A stretch of 64,000 bases of DNA from Candidatus Lustribacter sp. (GTDB lineage Bacteria > Vulcanimicrobiota > Vulcanimicrobiia > Vulcanimicrobiales > Vulcanimicrobiaceae), in NCBI GenBank assembly GCA_965277805.1, contig OZ255842.1, positions 5,376,001 through 5,440,000 on the forward strand, read 5' to 3'. Made by a program: the position numbers and the translations under genes. The notes beneath the pieces are model-generated. The model worked only from the letters and a program-made list of their open reading frames with translations. It did no database searches and had not been told where the DNA came from. The first letter of the stretch is position 1. The number at the start of each line of letters is the position of its first letter. Of this stretch, positions 59,706-64,000 are shown one piece after another.

Positions 59706-61697
59706 TCATTCCATCCCTGAGTCGTAGAACCGGACGGTGCCGCGGGCGTGGGTTTTTACGGCGGAAACAGCAACGCTGGCGTGTGAGATGATTTCGTCGA
59801 CGGCCGTTCCGTGTTCGGGCACCATCGCGACGCCGACCGTTGCGCTGAGGGTGACGAAGTTTTTGCCTTCGCGGTCGCCGGTCGAGAACGGTCGCGCGAA
59901 GCGTTCCAGATAGCGCAACGCGCGCTCGTTGACGGCGTCGCGCGACGCCGGGTTGGGGATGAAGACCGCGAAAAGGTTGCCGCCGAGCCGCCCGGTGATT
60001 TCGCCGGGTTCGGAGCGCTCCACGAAGCCGGCGGCGACCTCGACCAGCAGCGCATCGCCCGTCATGTTGCCATAACGTTCGTTGACCTCGCCGAAGCCGT
60101 CGAGGTCGAGCGCGATCACGGCGTACTGGTCGATCTCGGTCGCGGCCATGCGTGCCTGCGAGCGGAATTGAGAACGGTTGAGCAAGCCCGTGAGGACGTC
60201 GTGGGTTTGGTGATAGAGCAGCCGGTCGGATTGCCAGCGTTCCTGGATGTGATTCTGAAAGAACGACGCCAGCACTTCGACATAGACGCGATCTTGTTCC
60301 GACCACGGGCCCGTTTGCGCCGGCGCAACGAACCAAAGCACGTACATGGACCCGCCCGCACGAAACGCCGTGAAGATTCCGGAGCGCGTTCCGGTACTAT
60401 CGAACGCCGACGCCGGAAAGGCTGCCCGCAGATCGTCCCACATGCGCGTCGTCTGACCCGAGGCGAGCAGCTCCGCGGCGGCAGAACCCGCGAGCGGAAC
60501 GCGCCGCTGCTCCTGAAAATCGTTTGCGTCACCCCGCAGCGCGTAGTACTCCGGTGTTGCTGCGATCGCTTCGTAGACGATGTCGTCATCGTCGATTCGC
60601 CCCAAACCGCCGACATACGGTTGTCCGGGCCGGATCGCCGCTGCGGCTTGTTCGAGCATCGCATGCAACAGTTCGTTGTCGGAGAGCCCCGGGTTGTTGG
60701 CGATGTGCCAGAACGCTTCCAGCCGTTCCGCTTGCCGCCGGGAACGCTCCTCCGTTTCGCGCAGTGCGATGCGATTGCGTAACGCCGCCACGCCGAACGA
60801 GATGTCGCTTCCGAGCCGCACCAGCAACTCGACCTCATCGTCGTCGAAGGCGTCCGTCTCTTTCGCATACAGTGAGAGCGCGCCGAAGGTGCCGCCGTCT
60901 TCGCCGGTGAGCGGAACGGAGAGGCTCGACTTGAATCCGAGGTTCGCGGTTTCGGCGCGCCAGGGTTGCACGTTGGGATCGGCTTCGTAGTCGTGGTTGA
61001 TCACCGGTGCACCGGTTCGAATGGCGGTGCCCGTCGGTCCCCGTCCGAGGGTCGAGTCGTCCCATTTTACCGTGACGCGGTCGAGGTACTCCGCGACTGC
61101 GCCCGCATGTGCGGCCACGCGCACGTTCTTTTCCGCATCGTGCTGGGCGAGCCCGATCCACGCCATGGCGAAGCCGCCGATGTCGACGGCGACCGCACAC
61201 ATCTCGCGTAAGAGCTCCGGCTCATCCTTGGCCCGGACGAGGGCGCCATTCGCCGCGTTCAAGGTCCGCAACGCGCGATTCACACGCTTCAACGTGCGTT
61301 CGTTCCGCAGTTGTTCGGTGATGTCGAAAGCGAGACCCACGATCGCGGGACGGCCCTCAAACGTGCCGAGCGTGCTCTGCGAGAGCAAATCCAGCTGGGT
61401 GCCGTCTTTGCGGCTGAATGCACCGATGACGTGCGTCGCCTTTACGTCGCCGCGGGCCATATTGCCGAACTTTTCGCGCCGGCGCGGCCGGTCGGACTCC
61501 ACGACAAAGTCCAGGAAGCTGCGCCCGATCATCTCCGCTTGGGTGTAGCCGAAGAGTTCGGCAAAGCGCGCGTTCACGTACGCGAACGTCGTATCGAGCG
61601 CGACCATATAGACGCCGGTAAACGACTGGTTGACGATGGTATCAAACGTCGCTTGCGTCTCGCGCAGGTTGCGGCCGGCGACCCGAATTGCCCCCAC
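59706..61697 (-). CDS. PAS-GAF-GAF-GGDEF protein with degenerate active site
   Basis: PAS YVNARFAELFGY; GAF GRGPTGTAIRTG; HDVLTGLLNR; RLGGNLF in place of GGDEF. Confidence 0.88.
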   Translation of the reverse strand: MGAIRVAGRNLRETQATFDTIVNQSFTGVYMVALDTTFAYVNARFAELFGYTQAEMIGRSFLDFVVESDRPRRREKFGNMARGDVKATHVIGAFSRKDGTQLDLLSQSTLGTFEGRPAIVGLAFDITEQLRNERTLKRVNRALRTLNAANGALVRAKDEPELLREMCAVAVDIGGFAMAWIGLAQHDAEKNVRVAAHAGAVAEYLDRVTVKWDDSTLGRGPTGTAIRTGAPVINHDYEADPNVQPWRAETANLGFKSSLSVPLTGEDGGTFGALSLYAKETDAFDDDEVELLVRLGSDISFGVAALRNRIALRETEERSRRQAERLEAFWHIANNPGLSDNELLHAMLEQAAAAIRPGQPYVGGLGRIDDDDIVYEAIAATPEYYALRGDANDFQEQRRVPLAGSAAAELLASGQTTRMWDDLRAAFPASAFDSTGTRSGIFTAFRAGGSMYVLWFVAPAQTGPWSEQDRVYVEVLASFFQNHIQERWQSDRLLYHQTHDVLTGLLNRSQFRSQARMAATEIDQYAVIALDLDGFGEVNERYGNMTGDALLVEVAAGFVERSEPGEITGRLGGNLFAVFIPNPASRDAVNERALRYLERFARPFSTGDREGKNFVTLSATVGVAMVPEHGTAVDEIISHASVAVSAVKTHARGTVRFYDSGME

Positions 61698-61727
61698 ACC
61701 CGCGGGGGTTCGACGGGCAGGGGAACT

Positions 61728-62465
61728 CTACATCGAGCCGGGGGCGGGTTTCTTCGGCGTTGGCGTGACGTTGGGGTTCATGTCGGCCCAGGCGCCGTTG
61801 GGGTTCGGCAGTACCCACGGAAAGAGATCCCACATCGCCGGATGCAAGAAGATGAATTTCACTTGCGACGGATCCGTCAATCCGGGCAGGCCGGTTTTGA
61901 CGAGCGCGACTTTGTTGGCCGGAATGTCGGGGACGTTTTCGCTCAGCGTGCCGCCCGCGTCGGTGAATTTTTGCACCGGCATCGCACCGAGATGCAGCGA
62001 ACCGTCGGCGGCGGTGAAGCCCCAGTGCATGTGCGCGGCGCGATGAACCCAGCGCGCGGGATCGATCGCGTAGCCGAACAGCGACGTCGGTGCGTTCGGC
62101 GATTTGTCTTGCAGAATCGTGTAGTCGACGCCGAGCAGCCGGCCGTTGGCGTCGTACCAGAGCTGGTTGGGAACGTCGAGATCGATCGAGTTCCACACTT
62201 TCAAGTTTACGTAGCTGATCGCGCCGGTATTATCTTCGCCCGTGTACTGGAAGTAGCCGGCTTTCTGCGCCGATGCGACCGTCGGGTAGAGTTTCGGAAT
62301 GTCGACCTGGATCTTCGCGATGAACGGCTGTTCCGCGGGCGTCGGCATCGGCGGCATCTTCGTAGGTGTGGGCGCCGCCATCGGCATCGGCATCGTTTGT
62401 GCGAATGTACGTGACGGCGCAAGCGTACACAAAGCGATGAACGAAAGAACGGTTTGTCGATTCAT
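61728..62465 (-). CDS. Secreted hypothetical protein (Met/Pro-rich N-terminus, His cluster)
   Basis: Signal peptide TFA-Q; YPTVASAQKAGY; WVHRAAHMHW; GGAGG upstream. Confidence 0.7.
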   Translation of the reverse strand: MNRQTVLSFIALCTLAPSRTFAQTMPMPMAAPTPTKMPPMPTPAEQPFIAKIQVDIPKLYPTVASAQKAGYFQYTGEDNTGAISYVNLKVWNSIDLDVPNQLWYDANGRLLGVDYTILQDKSPNAPTSLFGYAIDPARWVHRAAHMHWGFTAADGSLHLGAMPVQKFTDAGGTLSENVPDIPANKVALVKTGLPGLTDPSQVKFIFLHPAMWDLFPWVLPNPNGAWADMNPNVTPTPKKPAPGSM

Positions 62466-62552
62466 GACTGCCTCCAGCAAGTGACCTCTGCGGCGGCCTT
62501 CGCGCGCTACGCGCGTAACGCCCGCAAGAAACTCTTAGCGAATGCTCAGGCT

Positions 62553-64000
62553 TTAGACGACTGCGTCGAGCGGCAGCGTTGCGGCGCGCGGTGCGTAGGC
62601 AGCCCAAGCCGCGGCGAGACGTTCGACCCCGGCGACCAGCACCTCGGGATCGAGCACGAACGGCAACCGCAAGCGCCGCGCATGGCGCTCCGCCGATGAG
62701 AAGACCGGCCCGGGTGCGATCGTGACGCCGAAGCGCGCAGCCTCCAGCGCGAAGCTGGCCGAATCGCCGTGCGGTAACTCGATCCAGAGCGACGAGCCGC
62801 CGCACGGTTCGTTGCGGTTCCACGACGGAAGTTCGGCTTCGAGTGCGCCGGTCAGCGTGCGATAGCGTTCGGCCAATTGCGCGCGGCGCTCGTCGCGCAC
62901 GCGATCGCGCAGCGGCAAGAGTTCCGCGCACAACGCTTGCCCAACCAGCGACGTGCCGAGATCCGCGACGATCTTGAGTGGTGCGATGCGGCTGATCATG
63001 TGCGCTTCGCCGCGCACCCAGCCGATGCGCAGCCCGCCCCAGAAAAGCTTGCACGCGGAGCCGATCGAGAGCACCGTCGCGCCGCCCGCGAGCGCTGCGA
63101 TCGGCGGCGGCGGCGCGACGTCGTAGATCGAGATATCGCAGAGCGTCTCGTCCTCGACGATCGTCCAGCCTTCGCGTTCGGCCATCGCCGCAAGCGCGAC
63201 GCGCCGTTCGGGCGCGAGCACGGTGCCGGTCGGGTTGTTGTAGGTCGTCGCAACGTACACGGCGGCCGGGATGCGCGCGGCGGGCAAGCGGTCGAGTTCT
63301 TCGACGTTGGCGCCGTCGCCGTCGACCGCGATCGCCACGATATCGGCGCCGGCGGCGCGAAACGCATCGAGCGAGGCCGGGTTCGTCGGGTCTTCCATCG
63401 CTACGCGGTCGCCGCGGAAGAGCTGCGCGACGAGCGCGATTGCCTGCTGCGCGCCGCTGGTCACGATGATCTGCTCGGGATCGGTTGGTAATCCGCGGGC
63501 CGTGTAGCCGCGCGCGATCTCGCGCCGCAGCGCGGGCAGTCCAAGCGGCAGATAGCCGGGCGTTTCGCGCGAGAGCTTCTGGAGCTGCTTAGCGAGCCGC
63601 TCGCCGGCCGGCCCAAGTTCGCGCGAGCCGGGCAGCGCCGCGATCGTGAACTCCACCATCGAGCGTGGACCGTCGCGGTTGTCGACGATCGAGACGAGGT
63701 GGCCCGGCGAGAAGCGCCCACCGCGCGTCAGCGGGCCGGGTGGTCCGGCGTAGGTGCCGCTGCCGCGCTGCGTGTGGGCCCGGCCTTCGGCCTTTAGCCG
63801 GTCGTACGCGGCGACCACCGTGCTGCGGCTGATCCCAAGCCGCTGGGCCAGGTCGCGCTCCGATGGCAGGCGGGTGCCGGCTGGGATCGTGCCACGGAGG
63901 ACGGCGGACTCGAGGGCGCTTGCCAGCCGAGCCAGCATTGGACCCGAGCCACGCGTCCAGTCAGCCAGCGCAGCCGCAACGTCGGCGACCTGGGCATGCG
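62553..64000 (-). CDS. MocR/GabR-type GntR regulator with PLP aminotransferase domain, 5' end outside window
   Basis: LPSERDLAQRLGISRSTV HTH; TSGAQQA, NNPTG, SACKLFWGGLRIGW. The frame stays open upstream of ATG 63938 to the window edge. Confidence 0.92.
   Translation of the reverse strand, partial: HAQVADVAAALADWTRGSGPMLARLASALESAVLRGTIPAGTRLPSERDLAQRLGISRSTVVAAYDRLKAEGRAHTQRGSGTYAGPPGPLTRGGRFSPGHLVSIVDNRDGPRSMVEFTIAALPGSRELGPAGERLAKQLQKLSRETPGYLPLGLPALRREIARGYTARGLPTDPEQIIVTSGAQQAIALVAQLFRGDRVAMEDPTNPASLDAFRAAGADIVAIAVDGDGANVEELDRLPAARIPAAVYVATTYNNPTGTVLAPERRVALAAMAEREGWTIVEDETLCDISIYDVAPPPPIAALAGGATVLSIGSACKLFWGGLRIGWVRGEAHMISRIAPLKIVADLGTSLVGQALCAELLPLRDRVRDERRAQLAERYRTLTGALEAELPSWNRNEPCGGSSLWIELPHGDSASFALEAARFGVTIAPGPVFSSAERHARRLRLPFVLDPEVLVAGVERLAAAWAAYAPRAATLPLDAVV

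Overview
GC-rich bacterial chromosome segment with about 60 densely packed CDSs. I found no tRNA, rRNA, CRISPR array or transposase. The gene set and SigA-type rpoD suggest a Terrabacteria soil organism, possibly Vulcanimicrobiota/Eremiobacterota; this is inference and was not verified. Housekeeping genes: argB, ppdK, sulfite reductase, tag, dnaG-rpoD. Most of the rest is aromatic/heteroatom catabolism: two Rieske oxygenases, mdlC plus an aldehyde dehydrogenase, a flavin hydroxylase, a LigB-like enzyme, two LLM monooxygenases, two MmgE/PrpD proteins, TauD and a haloacetate dehalogenase-like hydrolase. Most interesting signals: (1) a four-gene methyltransferase / FAD oxidoreductase / START cyclase / single ketosynthase operon with no CLF, ACP or type III PKS, whose cyclase appears to start at CTG; (2) ~205-bp REP-doublet elements at convergent gene junctions, with covarying arm hairpins, unrelated interiors and a mirror-image loss of G-ending codons in both flanking genes; (3) a recurrent AGG box 32-37 nt upstream of apparently leaderless start codons; (4) two candidate structured RNAs; (5) several degenerate or truncated signalling proteins.
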